A stretch of DNA of 64,000 nucleotides from Dendrobates tinctorius (Eukaryota): positions 8,246,001 to 8,310,000 of the forward strand of contig NW_027361818.1 in NCBI RefSeq assembly GCF_039654945.1. The letters are read 5' to 3'. A program made the translations under genes and the position numbers. Numbering within the stretch: the stretch's first letter is position 1; each line of letters opens with the position of its first letter. The notes beneath the pieces are model-generated. The model was not told where the DNA came from. It was given only the letters and a program-made list of their open reading frames with translations, and searched no databases. Below are positions 42,701 to 54,700 of the stretch, piece after piece.

Positions 42701-43888
42701 TTGCCAACAAAGGATATATCACAAAGTATTGAGATGAAATTTTGTTTCTGACCAAATACTTATTTTCCACCATAATATGCAAATAAAATGAAAAAAAAAC
42801 AGACAATGTGATTTTCTGGATTTTTTTTTCTCAGTTTGTCTCCCATAGTTGAGGTCTACCTATGATGTAAATTACAGACGCCTCTCATCTTTTTAAGTGG
42901 TGGAACTTGCACTATTGCTGACTGACTAAATACTTTTTTTCCCCACTGTATATAATTTATATGTGACACATAAATCATTCCGTCATATAGTGCATATATA
43001 ATATACTGTATATGTGACACATAAATCATTTCGTCATACAGTGCATATATAATATACTGTATATGTGACACATAAATCATACCGCCATATAGTGCATATA
43101 TAATATATATGTGACACATAAATCATTCCGTCATATAGTGCATATATAACATATACTGTATGTGACACATAAATCATACCACCATATAGTGCATATATAA
43201 TATATACTGTATGTGACACATAAATCATACCACCATATAGTGCATATATAATATATATGTGACACATGAATCATACCGTCATATAGTGCACATATAATAT
43301 ATATGTGACACATGAATCATACCGCCATATGATGCACAGATAATATATATGTGACACATGAATCATACCGTCATATAGTGCACATATAATATATGGGACA
43401 CATGAATCATACCGCCCTATGATGCACAGATAATATATATGTGACAAATGAATCATACTGCCATATAGTGCACATATAATGTGACACATAAATCATACCG
43501 CCATATGATGCACAGATAATATACGTGAAACATGAATCATACCGCCATATGAACATATAATATATATGTGACACATGATTCATACCACCATATGATATAT
43601 ATATGTGACATAAATCAAACCGCCATATAGTGCACATATAATATATATGTGACACATGAATCTTACCGTCATATAGTGCATATATAATATATGTGACACA
43701 TGAATCATACTGTCATATAGTGCACATATAATATACAGTATATGTGACACATGATTCATACCACCATATGGTGCACAGATAATATATATTGGACACATGA
43801 ATCATACCGCCATTTTGCGCACAGATAATGTATCAGACTTACCTGTATAGCATACAAATGCAGCCAGAATCAACAATGAGCCTCTCAT
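30731..43888 (-). CDS. Candidate secreted glycoprotein gene made of duplicated phase-1 mini-exons (unrecognised; may be partly decayed)
   Basis: Exons 43888-43843 ([18 protein letters not shown]|gtaagt), 38450-38325, 37327-37256, 36399-36328, 35783-35709, 35069-34980, optional 34473-34401 (contains a stop), terminal 30807-30731 with AATAAA at 30623-30618. All junctions are GT-AG and phase 1. TATAAA at 44069-44064. Confidence 0.5.
30825..34350. repeat. 35/36-bp minisatellite (same family as 6550-10570)
   Basis: Same unit in the same orientation. Confidence 0.97.
36452..37084 (-). mobile_element. Solo LTR (Gypsy-like), 633 bp
   Basis: TGTCAC...GTGATA inverted termini and a perfect 5-bp TSD CCTAT (36447-36451 / 37085-37089). 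Orientation inferred from a TTTAAATA box on the minus strand. Confidence 0.8.
37775..38213. repeat. 45-bp minisatellite, ~10 near-identical copies
   Basis: (CACCACTTTACMCAGTGCACGTATCCTAGGCTCCGATGTGGAAAC)n with no spacers. Confidence 0.95.
39245..39696 (-). mobile_element. Tc1-like transposon 5' fragment (decayed)
   Basis: Minus strand TA|CAGTCATGGCTGAAAGTGTTGGCACC terminus with an inner direct repeat (~39490), and a frameshifted transposase start (MENRKR / [11 protein letters not shown]). Confidence 0.75.
41343..42948 (+). mobile_element. Full-length Tc1/mariner (DD34E) DNA transposon, 1606 bp
   Basis: TA target duplication at 41341-41342 and 42949-42950, 207-bp TIRs (41343-41549 / 42742-42948) with no mismatch found, and an intact transposase ORF. 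Confidence 0.98.
41710..42732 (+). CDS. Tc1 transposase, 340 aa, uninterrupted
   Basis: Paired-like HTH N-terminus, RSGAPRK linker, WSDDTK / FQHDNDPKH / SPDLNPIE with 34 residues between the second D and E. Confidence 0.97.
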   Translation: MVKTKELSKDTRNKIVALHQAGKTESAIANQLGVKKSTVGAIIRKWKTYKTTDNLPRSGAPRKIPPRGVRMITRTVSKNPRTTRGDLVNELQRAGTNVTRPTISNTLRHHGLRYCSARRVPLLKPVHVRAHLKFAREHLDDPEEFWENVLWSDDTKLELFGRNTTCRVWRKKNTELHPSNTIPTVKHGGGNIMLWGCFSAKGPGRLIRVHERMNGAMYREILSANLLPSARALKMKRGWVFQHDNDPKHTARATKEWLRKKHFKVLEWPSQSPDLNPIENLWRELKVRVAKRKAKNITALEEICMEEWANIPTTVCGNLVKTYRKRLTSVIANKGYITKY

Positions 43889-44105
43889 ATTTCCAAAACA
43901 CTGGACATGTACATCTGGCATCTGCTTTATGTACCTATTAACTAAGGGGCGCGGAGACCTGGGGCACCGCACAATGTCACCTTCAAACAATGGTGATGAA
44001 CGTGGAAGGAGACAGGAATGTTTTACACCATGTGGCCAATCGCTCAGCGAAATAATGGAGGAGTTTATAATAAATCGAAGTTATGAGATAGAAGGTACAT
44101 AGATA

Positions 44106-47100
44106 TGGAGGAGACACCTGTACAGTGTGGCTGCACTGAGGGTGGAGGAGACCACGACCTGAACAGGGTGACTGCACTGAGGGTGGAGGAGACCACGACC
44201 TGAATAGGGTGACTGCACTGAGGGTGGAGGAGAACACGTCCTGAACAGGGTGACTGCACTGAGGGTGGAGGAGACCACGACCTGAACAGGGTGACTGCAC
44301 TGAGGGTGGAGGAGAACACGACCTCAACAGGGTGACTGCACTGAGGGTGGAGGAGAACACGTCCTCAACAGGGTGACTGCACTGAGGGTGGAGGAGACCA
44401 CGACCTGAACAGAGTGACTGCACTGAGGGTGGAGGAGACCACGACCTCAACAGGGTGACTGCACTGAGGGTGGAGGAGACCACGACCTGAACAGGGTGAC
44501 TGCACTGAGGGTGGAGGAGACCACGACCTCAACAGGGTGACTGCACTGAGGGTGGAGGAGAACACGTCCTCAACAGGGTGACTGCACTGAGGGTGGAGAC
44601 CACGACCTGAACAGAGTGACTGCACTGAGGGTGGAGGAGACCACGACCTCAACAGGGTGACTGCACTGAGGGTGGAGACCACGACCTCAACAGAGTGACT
44701 GCACTGAGGGTGGAGGAGACCACGACCTCAACAGGGTGACTGCACTGAGGGTGGAGACCACGACCTGAACAGAGTGACTGCACTGAGGGTGGAGGAGAAC
44801 ACGTCCTGCACAGGGTGACTGCACTGAGGGTGGAGGAGACCACGACCTCAACAGGGTGACTGCACTGAGGGTGGAGGAGACCACGACCTCAACAGGGTGA
44901 CTGCACTGAGGGTGGAGGAGAACACGTCCTCAACAGGGTGACTGCACTGAGGGTGGAGGAGACCACGACCTCAACAGGGTGACTGCACTGAGGGTGGAGG
45001 AGAACACGTCCTCAACAGGGTGACTGCACTGAGGGTGGAAGAGACCACGACCTGAACAGAGTGACTGCACTGAGGGTGGAGGAGACCACGACCTCAACAG
45101 GGTGACTGCACTGAGGGTGGAGGAGACCACGACCTGAACAGGGTGACTGCACTGAGGGTGGAGGAGACCACGACCTCAACAGGGTGACTGCACTGAGGGT
45201 GGAGGAGACCACGACCTGAATAGGGTGACTGCACTGAGGGTGGAGGAGACCACGACCTGAACAGGGTGACTGCACTGAGGGTGGAGGAGACCACGACCTC
45301 AACAGGGTGACTGCACTGAGGGTGGAGGAGAACACGTCCTCAACAGGGTGACTGCACTGAGGGTGGAAGAGACCACGACCTGAACAGAGTGACTGCACTG
45401 AGGGTGGAGGAGACCACGACCTCAACAGGGTGACTGCACTGAGGGTGGAGGAGACCACGACCTGAACAGGGTGACTGCACTGAGGGTGGAGGAGACCACG
45501 ACCTCAACAGGGTGACTGCACTGAGGGTGGAGGAGAACACGTCCTCAACAGGGTGACTGCACTGAGGGTGGAGACCACGACCTGAACAGAGTGACTGCAC
45601 TGAGGGTGGAGGAGACCACGACCTCAACAGGGTGACTGCACTGAGGGTGGAGACCACGACCTCAACAGAGTGACTGCACTGAGGGTGGAGGAGACCACGA
45701 CCTCAACAGGGTGACTGCACTGAGGGTGGAGACCACGACCTGAACAGAGTGACTGCACTGAGGGTGGAGGAGAACACGTCCTGCACAGGGTGACTGCACT
45801 GAGGGTGGAGGAGACCACGACCTCAACAGGGTGACTGCACTGAGGGTGGAGGAGACCACGACCTCAACAGGGTGACTGCACTGAGGGTGGAGGAGAACAC
45901 ATCCTCAACAGGGTGACTGCACTGAGGGTGGAGGAGACCACGACCTCAACAGGGTGACTGCACTGAGGGTGGAGGAGACCACACCTGTACAGGGTGATTG
46001 CACTGAGGGTGGAGGAGAACACGTCCTGCACAGGGTGACTGCACTGAGGGTGGAGGAGAACACGTCCTGCACAGGGTGACTGCACTGAGGGTGGAGGAGA
46101 CCACGACCTCAACAGGGTGACTGCACTGAGGGTGGAGGAGACCACGACCTCAACAGGGTGACTGCACTGAGGGTGGAGGAGAACACGTCCTCAACAGGGT
46201 GACTGCACTGAGGGTGGAGGAGACCACGACCTCAACAGGGTGACTGCACTGAGGGTGGAGGAGACCACACCTGTACAGGGTGATTGCACTGAGGGTGGAG
46301 GAGACCACGACCTGTACAGTATGGCTGCACTGAGGGTGGAGGAGACCACATCCCTATACAGTGTGGCTGCACTGAGGGTGGAGGAGACCACGTCCCTGTA
46401 CAGTGTGGCTGCACTGAGGGTGGAGGAGACCACGACCTGAACAGAGTGACTGCACTGAGGGTGGAGGAGACCACGACCTGAACAGAGTGACTGCACTGAG
46501 GGTGGAGGAGACCACGACCTCAACAGGGTGACTGCACTGAGGGTGGAGGAGAACACGTCCTACACAGGGTGACTGCACTGAGGGTGGAGGAGACCACGTC
46601 CCTGTACAGTATGGCTGCACTGAGGGTGGAGGAGACCACGTCCCTATACAGTATGGCTGCACTGAGGGTGGAGGAGACCACGTCCCTATACAGTGTGGCT
46701 GCACTGAGGGTGGAGGAGACCACGACCTGAACAGAGTGACTGCACTGAGGGTGGAGGAGAACACGTCCTCAACAGGGTGACTGCACTGAGGGTGGAGGAG
46801 AACACGACTGTACAGGGTGACTGCACTGAGGGTGTAGGAGACCACGACCTGTACAGAGTGGCTTCACTGAGGGTGGATGAGACCACGTCCCGGTACAGTA
46901 TGGCTGCACTGAGGGTGGAGGAGACCACATCCCTATACAGTGTGGCTGCACTGAGGGTGGAGAAGACCACATCCCTGTACCGTATGGCTGCACTGAGGGT
47001 GGAGGAGACCACGTCCCTGTACAGTATGGCTGCACTGAGGGTGGAGGAGACCACGTCCCTATACAGTGTGGCTGCACTGAGGGTGTAGGAGACCACATCC

Positions 47101-50100
47101 CTGTACAGTATGGCTGCACTGAGGGTGGAGGAGATCACGTCCCTGTACAGTATGGCTGCACTGAGGGTGGAGGAGACCACGTCCCTGTACAGTGTGGCTG
47201 CACTGAGGGTGGAGGAGACCACGTCCCTGTACAGTATGGCTGCACTGATGGTGGAGGAGACCACGTCCCTGTACAGTATGGCTGCTCTGAGGGTGGAGGA
47301 CTCCACGTCCCTATACAGTGTGGCTGCACTGAGGGTGGAGGAGACCACATCCCTATACAGTGTGGCTTCACTGAGGGTGGAGAAGACCACTTCCCTGTAC
47401 AGTGTGGCTGCACTGAGGGTGGAGGAGACCACGTCCCTGTACAGTGTAGCTGCACTGAGGGTGGAGGAGACCACGTCCCTGTACAGTGTGGCTGCACTGA
47501 GGGTGGAGGAGACCACGTCCCTATACAGTGTGGCTGCACTGAGGGTGGGGGAGACCACGACCTCAACAGGGTGACTGCACTGAGGGTGGAGGAGACCACG
47601 ACCTGAACAGAGTGACTGCACTGAGGGTGGAGGAGACCACGACCTGAACAGAGTGACTGCATTGAGGGTGGAGGAGACCACAACCTCAACAGGGTGACTG
47701 CACTGAGGGTGGAGGAGAACACGTCCTGCACAGGGTGACTGCACTGAGGGTGGAGGAGACCACGACCTCAACAGGGTGACTGCACTGAGGGTGGAGGAGA
47801 ACACGTCCTCAACAGGGTGACTGCACTGAGGGTGGAGGAGACCACGACCTCAACAGGGTGACTGCACTGAGGGTGGAGGAGACCACGACCTCAACAGGGT
47901 GACTGTACTGAGGGCGGAGGAGACCACACCTGTACAGGGTGATTGCACTGAGGGTGGAGGAGACCACGACCTGTACAGTATGGCTGCACTGAGGGTGGTG
48001 GAGACCACATGCCTATACAGTGTGGCTGCACTGAGGGTGGAGGAGACCACGACCTGAACAGAGTGACTGCACTGAGGGTGGAGGAGACCACGACCTGAAC
48101 AGAGTGACTGCACTGAGGGTGGAGGAGACCACGACCTCAACAGGGTGACTGCACTGAGGGTGGAGGAGAACACGTCCTGCACAGGGTGACTGCACTGAGG
48201 GTGGAGGAGAACACGTCCTGCACAGAGTGACTGCACTGAGGGTGGAGGAGACCACGTCCCTGTACAGTATGGCTGCACTGAGGGTGGAGGAGACCACGTC
48301 CCTATACAGTATGGCTGCACTGAGGGTGGAGGAGACCACGTCCCTATACAGTGTGGCTGCACTGAGGGTGGAGGAGACCACGACCTGAACAGAGTGACTG
48401 CACTGAGGGTGGAGGAGAACACGTCCTCAACAGGGTGACTGCACTGAGGGTGGAGGAGAACACGACTGTACAGGGTGACTGCACTGAGGGTGTAGGAGAC
48501 CACGACCTGTACAGAGTGGCTTCACTGAGGGTGGAGGAGACCACGTCCCTGTACAGTATGGCTGCACTGAGGGTGGAGGAGACCACGTCCCTATACAGTG
48601 TGGCTGCACTGAGGGTGGAGGAGACCACATCCCTGTACAGTATGGCTGCACTGAGGGTGGAGGAGACCACGTCCCTGTACAGTATGACTGCACTGAGGGT
48701 GGAGGAGACCACGTCCCTATACAGTGTGGCTGCACTGAGGGTGGAGGAGACCACATCCTTGTACAGTATGGCTGCACTGAGGGTGGAGGAGACCACGTCC
48801 CTGTACAGTATGGCTGCACTGAGGGTGGAGGAGACCACGTCCCTGTACAGTGTGGCTGCACTGAGGGTGGAGGAGACCACGTCCCTATACAGTGTGGCTG
48901 CACTGAGGGTGGAGGAGACCACATCCCTATACAGTGTGGCTTCACTGAGGGTGGAAGAGACCACTTCCCTGTACAGTGTGGCTGCACTGAGGGTGGATGA
49001 GACCACGTCCCTGTACAGTGTAGCTGCACTGAGGGTGGAGGAGACCACGTCCCTGTACAGTATGACTGCACTGAGGGTGGAGGAGACCACGTCCCTATAC
49101 AGTGTGGCTGCACTGAGGGTGGAGGAGACCACATCCTTGTACAGTATGGCTGCACTGAGGGTGGAGGAGACCACGTCCCTGTACAGTATGGCTGCACTGA
49201 GGGTGGAGGAGACCACGTCCCTGTACAGTGTGGCTGCACTGAGGGTGGAGGAGACCACGTCCCTATACAGTGTGGCTGCACTGAGGGTGGAGGAGACCAC
49301 ATCCCTATACAGTGTGGCTTCACTGAGGGTGGAGGAGACCACTTCCCTGTACAGTGTGGCTGCACTGAGGGTGGATGAGACCACGTCCCTGTACAGTGTA
49401 GCTGCACTGAGGGTGGAGGAGACCACGTCCCTGTACAGTGTGGCTGCACTGAGGGTGGAGGAGACCACGTCCCTGTACAGTATGGCTGCACTGAGGGTGG
49501 AAGAGACCACGTCCCTATACAGTGTGGCTGCACTGAGGGTGGGGGAGACCACGACCTGAACAGAGTGACTGCACTGAAGGTGGAGGAGACCACGACCTGA
49601 ACAGAGTGACTGCACTGAGGGTGGAGGAGACCACGACCTGAACAGAGTGACTGCACTGAGGGTGGAGGAGACCACGACCTCAACAGGGTGACTGCACTGA
49701 GGGTGGAGGAGAACACGTCCTGCACAGGGTGACTGCACTGAGGGTGGAGGAGAACACGTCCTGCACAGGGTGACTGCACTGAGGGTGGAGGAGACCACGT
49801 CCCTGTACAGTATGGCTGCACTGAGGGTGGAGGAGACCACGTCCCTATACAGTATGGCTGCACTGAGGGTGGAGGAGACCACGTCCCTATACAGTGTGGC
49901 TGCACTGAGGGTGGAGGAGACCACGACCTCAACAGGGTGACTGCACTGAGGGTGGAGGAGAACACGTCCTCAACAGGGTGACTGCACTGAGGGTGGAGGA
50001 GACCACGACCTGTACAGGGTGACTGCACTGAGGGTGTAGGAGACCACGACCTGTATAGGGTGGCTTCACTGAGGGTGGAGGAGACCACGTCCCTGTACAG

Positions 50101-50842
50101 TATGGCTGCTCTGAGGGTGGAAGAGACCACGTCCCTATACAGTGTGGCTGCACTGAGGGTGGAGGAGACCACTTCCCTGTACAGTGTGGCTGCACTGAGG
50201 GTGGAGGAGACCACGTCCCTGTACAGTGTAGCTGCACTGAGGGTGGAGGAGACCACGTCCCTGTACAGTGTGGCTGCACTGAGGGTGGAGGAGACCACGT
50301 CCCTGTACAGTATGGCTGCACTGAGGGTGGAGGAGACCACGTCCCTATACAGTGTGGCTGCACTGAGGGTGGAGGAGACCACATCCCTGTACAGTATGGC
50401 TGCACTGAGGGTGGAGGAGACCACGTCCCTGTACAGTATGGCTGCACTGAGGGTGGAGGAGACCACGTCCCTGTACAGTGTGGCTGCACTGAGGGTGGAG
50501 GAGACCACGTCCCTGTACAGTATGGCTGCACTGAGGGTGGAGGAGACCACGTCCCTGTACAGTATGGCTGCACTGAGGGTGGAGGAGACCACGTCCCTGT
50601 ACAGTGTGGCTGCACTGAGGGTGGAGGAGACCACGTCCCTGTACAGTATGGCTGAACTGAGGGTGGAGGAGACCACGTTCCTGTACAGTCTGGCTGCTCT
50701 GAGGGTGGAGGAGACCACGTCCCTGTACAGTATGGCTGCACTGAGGGTGGAGGAGACCACGTTCCTGTACAGTCTGGCTGCTCTGAGGGTGGAGGAGACC
50801 ACTTCCCTGTACAGTGTGGCTGCACTGAGGGTGGAGGAGACC
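44106..50842. repeat. 41/42-bp minisatellite (CTGCACTGAGGGTGGAGGAGACCACG core)
   Basis: 6.7-kb visible array. The 41-mer dominates on the left and the 42-mer on the right. Confidence 0.97.
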
Positions 50843-51459
50843 CAGTCTTGATCCTAGGTGTCTGTCTCTAGTCGGTGACTCTCACTTTCTGTATATGATG
50901 AGTTGTTGATGTGACCGCCCGTCGCCATCTCACCTTCCTGCACTTTCTCCTCAGACTAATGTACTAATTATGGTTAATCATTAATGATCGCACTGATCAG
51001 AGATCTCTGACCGGCAATATCCCTGATAACCAGATCATTAGTCACCACATATGAGGCCTGAACATGGTGGCGCTTGTAGTCCTCCTCCTGTGGGAGGTTC
51101 TCTCCCTCCACCATTGATCAGTCACCAGATCCATGTCAGGGCATCTTCTGGGAACGTGAATTCGGAGTCATGTGACTGCGGCTTGGGGCGACAATGTCTC
51201 AGAAGAGGAGATATGAGAAAACCATGTTACCATGGAGACACAACTGTCATGGCAGCCCAGTGGCTCCAACATGTAGCGTTATCACTGTGTAACGAGGATG
51301 CAGGTTTATAGCCGCAGTTCACTCTCATGTTTCAATGGCCGACCTGTCTGCCTAAACAAAATATAAAAATAAACAGTGATCCATTTTCTAAATCTTTGAA
51401 GTTGTAAAATTTATTTTAAAATGAAAACTTTATTGCTACAAACGTGCAAACATTATCCA

Positions 51460-51776
51460 CATTCCAAAATGGCTGCCGCTACAGTCTGCCCTTAACCGTA
51501 ATATAGGGATATTTCCACTATAAATATAGAATTTGGCAGCAAATAGCTTTACTGACGAGCTCTCATCAGCTGCTTTCATATTATACCTCATTATTGCCTT
51601 TTCCTTGTTTTTGCTTCTCCCGTTTCAAAGATGGCCGGCGGAGACCACCTGCCCTCTTCCAATATGTCGGCTCGTCCGGCCGTGGTTACGTCATCAAGCC
51701 ACGCCCCTCACCCTGAGCTCACACACCTCCCGTGTCACCTTGGGGGTCTCTCCGGTCAGTCGGTGACAAGATGGCG
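51460..51776 (+). promoter_or_regulatory. SLC25A11 promoter region
   Basis: YY1-like AAAATGGCTG (~51466), AAGATGGCCG (~51628) and CAAGATGGCG over the ATG; CRE-like TTACGTCA (~51686); GC-box GCCACGCCCC (~51698). Confidence 0.55.
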
Positions 51777-54700
51777 ACAGCGAGCGGCAAAGAGAGGACC
51801 TCCCCCAAGGCCATCAAGTTCCTCTTCGGGGGGCTGGCCGGGTAATGTTTCTGACCCGAATTATTGACGAAGCTACCCTCTAGTTAATCTTTCATAATTG
51901 GTGCTCCCCTATAGTTTTTCATGAGTAATGGTATCTTCCTTATAAGGAATAGTCCTGGACTGTACCATTGTGTCTGTGTAGGGGTGTCTGGCTGTATAGT
52001 TGTGTAATGTGTCTGTTATAACGCTGTGTCATAATCTATGGTTATAATCGCTGACATCCTTCTGTAACTATGTCATATGTATATAAAGGTGCATGGAAAC
52101 CGTCAGCGGGGAGGCTGCGGATGCTGAGCAGACTGTCCAGCACAGGAATCCTTCATTGGCGGCATCCAGCCTGGCAGCCTGCATGCTGACGGTTTCAATA
52201 AAGTGAAAGGGAAGGGTGACAACTGGGTAAATCCGGCATGTGTGATGGTGGAGGGGAGGAAGGAAGGAAGGACGGCGACTCCAGTCATAGGAGAAGGACA
52301 GAAAGTGGTGTAATGAGGGGATGATGTCTGCAGCCTGCAGGGCACTGGTTATAGGGGACACCGCTGCTACTGCAGAACCTCCTAAGAGGAGGTGGGGGCT
52401 GTGTGTCACTGATATATATGCTAATGAGCCCCCCTTATACTGACTGCTACGTGCCCCTGTAACCCCCCACTACCACTGACTGTCCCAGTAACCCCCCCAC
52501 TACCACTGACTGTCCCAGTAACCCCCCCACTACCACTGACTGTCCCAGTAACCCCCCCACTACCACTGACTGTCCCAGTAACCCCCCCACTACCACTGAC
52601 TGTCCCAGTAACCCCCCCACTACCACTGACTGCCCCAGTAACCCCCCCACTACCACTGACTGCCCCAGTAACCCCCCACTACCACTGACTGCCACAGTAA
52701 ACCCCCCACTACCACTGACAGCCCCAGTAACCCCCCCTACTACCGCTGACAGCAGTCCCAGTAACCCCCCCCACTACCGCTGACAGCAGTCCCAGTAACC
52801 CCCCCACTACCGCTGACTGCTCCAGTAACCCCCCCACTACCGCTGACTGCTCCAGTAACCCCCCCACTGCCGCTGACAGCAGCCCCAGTAACCCCCCCAC
52901 TGTCGCTGACAGCAGCCCCAGTAACCCCCCCACTGTCGCTGACAGCAGCCCCAGTAACCCCCCCACTGCCGCTGACAGCAGCCCCAGTAACCCCCCCACT
53001 GCCGCTGACAGCAGCCCCAGTAACCCCCCCACTGCCGCTGACAGCAGCCCCAGTAACCCCCCCACTGCCGCTGACAGCAGCCCCAGTAACCCCCCCACTG
53101 CCGCTGACAGCAGCCCCAGTAACCCCCCCACTGCCGCTGACAGCAGCCCCAGTAACCCCCCCACTACCGCTGACAGCAGCCCCAGTAACCCCCCCCACTA
53201 CCGCTGACTGCTCCAGTAACCCCCCCACTACCGCTGACTGCTCCAGTAACCCCCCCACTACCGCTGACAGCAGCCCCAGTAACCCCCCCACTACCGCTGA
53301 CAGCAGCCCCAGTAACCCCCTACTACCGCTGACTGCTCCAGTAACCCCCCCCACTACCGCTGACTGCTCCAGTAACCCCCCCACTACCGCTGACAGCAGC
53401 CCCAGTAACCCCCCCACTACCGCTGACAGCAGCCCCAGTAACCCCCCCACTACCGCTGACAGCAGCCCCAGTAACCCCCTACTACCGCTGACTGCCCCCT
53501 GTCCGATCAGTGAGGAGAGAGCTCCGCTGTACAGGGGAAAGTCTGATCACTGAGCCAACACCTGCTGAGAGATTGTTACAGTGTATCAGTGTAATACAGT
53601 CCCAGGCTCCTATGTATATTCCACAGTCACAGCTGAGGGGTTGTTACAGTGTATCAGTGTAATACAGTCCCAGGCTCCTATGTATATGCCACAGTTTCAG
53701 CTGATGGGTTGTTGCAGTGTATAGTCCTGATCAGGCACCTGGCCCCTCTGTGGCTGTGGTACTGCAACTCCCATCATGTACAGACATTACAGAGTACAGT
53801 TCATGTGAGCTTCCATCTGTCCATGATCCTGGTGGGGTGAGGGTCCTGTGGTGACTCTGGTGGGGTGAGGGGCCGTTGGTGACTCTGGTGGGGTGAGGGG
53901 CCGGTGGTGACCCTGGTGGGGTGAGGGTCCGGTGGTGACCCTGGTGGGGTGAGGGTCCGGTGGTGACTCTGGTGGGGTGAGGGTCCGGTGGTGACCCTGG
54001 TGGGGTGAGGGTCCGGTGGTGACCCTGGTGGGGTGAGGGTCCGGTGGTGACCCTGGTGGGGTGAGGGTCCGGTGGTGACCCTGGTGGGGTGAGGGTCCGG
54101 TGGTGACTCTGGTGGGGTGAGGGTCCGGTGGTAACTCTGGTGGGGTGAGGGTCCGGTGGTGACTCTGGTGGGGTGAGGGTCCGGTGGTGACTCTGGTGGG
54201 GTGAGGGGCCGGTGGTGACTCTGGTGGGGTGAGGGGTCGGTGGTGACTCTGGTGGGGTGAGGGGCCGGTGGTGACTCTGGTGGGGTGAGGGGCCGGTGGT
54301 GACCCTGGTTAGTTGAGGGGCCGGTGGTGACCTTGGTGGGGTGAGGGTCCGGTGGTGATTCTGGTGGGGTGAGGGGCCGTTGGTGATTCTGGTGGGGTGA
54401 GGGTCCGGTGGTGACCCTGGTGGGGTGAGGGTCCGGTGGTGACTCTGGTGGGGTGAGGGTCCGGTGGTGACTCTGGTGGGGTGAGGGGCCGGTGGTGACT
54501 CTGGTGGGGTGAGGGGCCGGTGGTGACTCTGGTGGGGTGAGGGGCCGGTGGTGACTCTGGTGGGGTGAGGGGGCCGGTGGTGACTCTGGTGGGGTGAGGG
54601 GCCGGTGGTGACTCTGGTGGGGTGAGGGGCCGGTGGTGACTCTGGTGGGGTGAGGGGCCGGTGGTGACTCTGGTGGGGTGAGGGGCCGGTGGTGACTCTG

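Larger units (their letters stand above)
39940..43810. repeat. AT-rich ~46-53-bp minisatellite (ATGTGACACATRAATCATACCRCCATATAGTGCATATATAATATAT), interrupted by Tc1
   Basis: Visible array on both sides of 41343-42948. Confidence 0.93.

Noticed and set aside
44065-50851. ORFs up to 791 aa (VVSSTLSAATLYRD repeats)
   Set aside because: Translations of the 41/42-bp minisatellite, open in several frames on both strands, with no unique domain.
50934-51770. RNF167-like gene head-to-head with SLC25A11 as in mammals
   Set aside because: No recognisable coding exons; only an isolated minus-strand donor at 50933.
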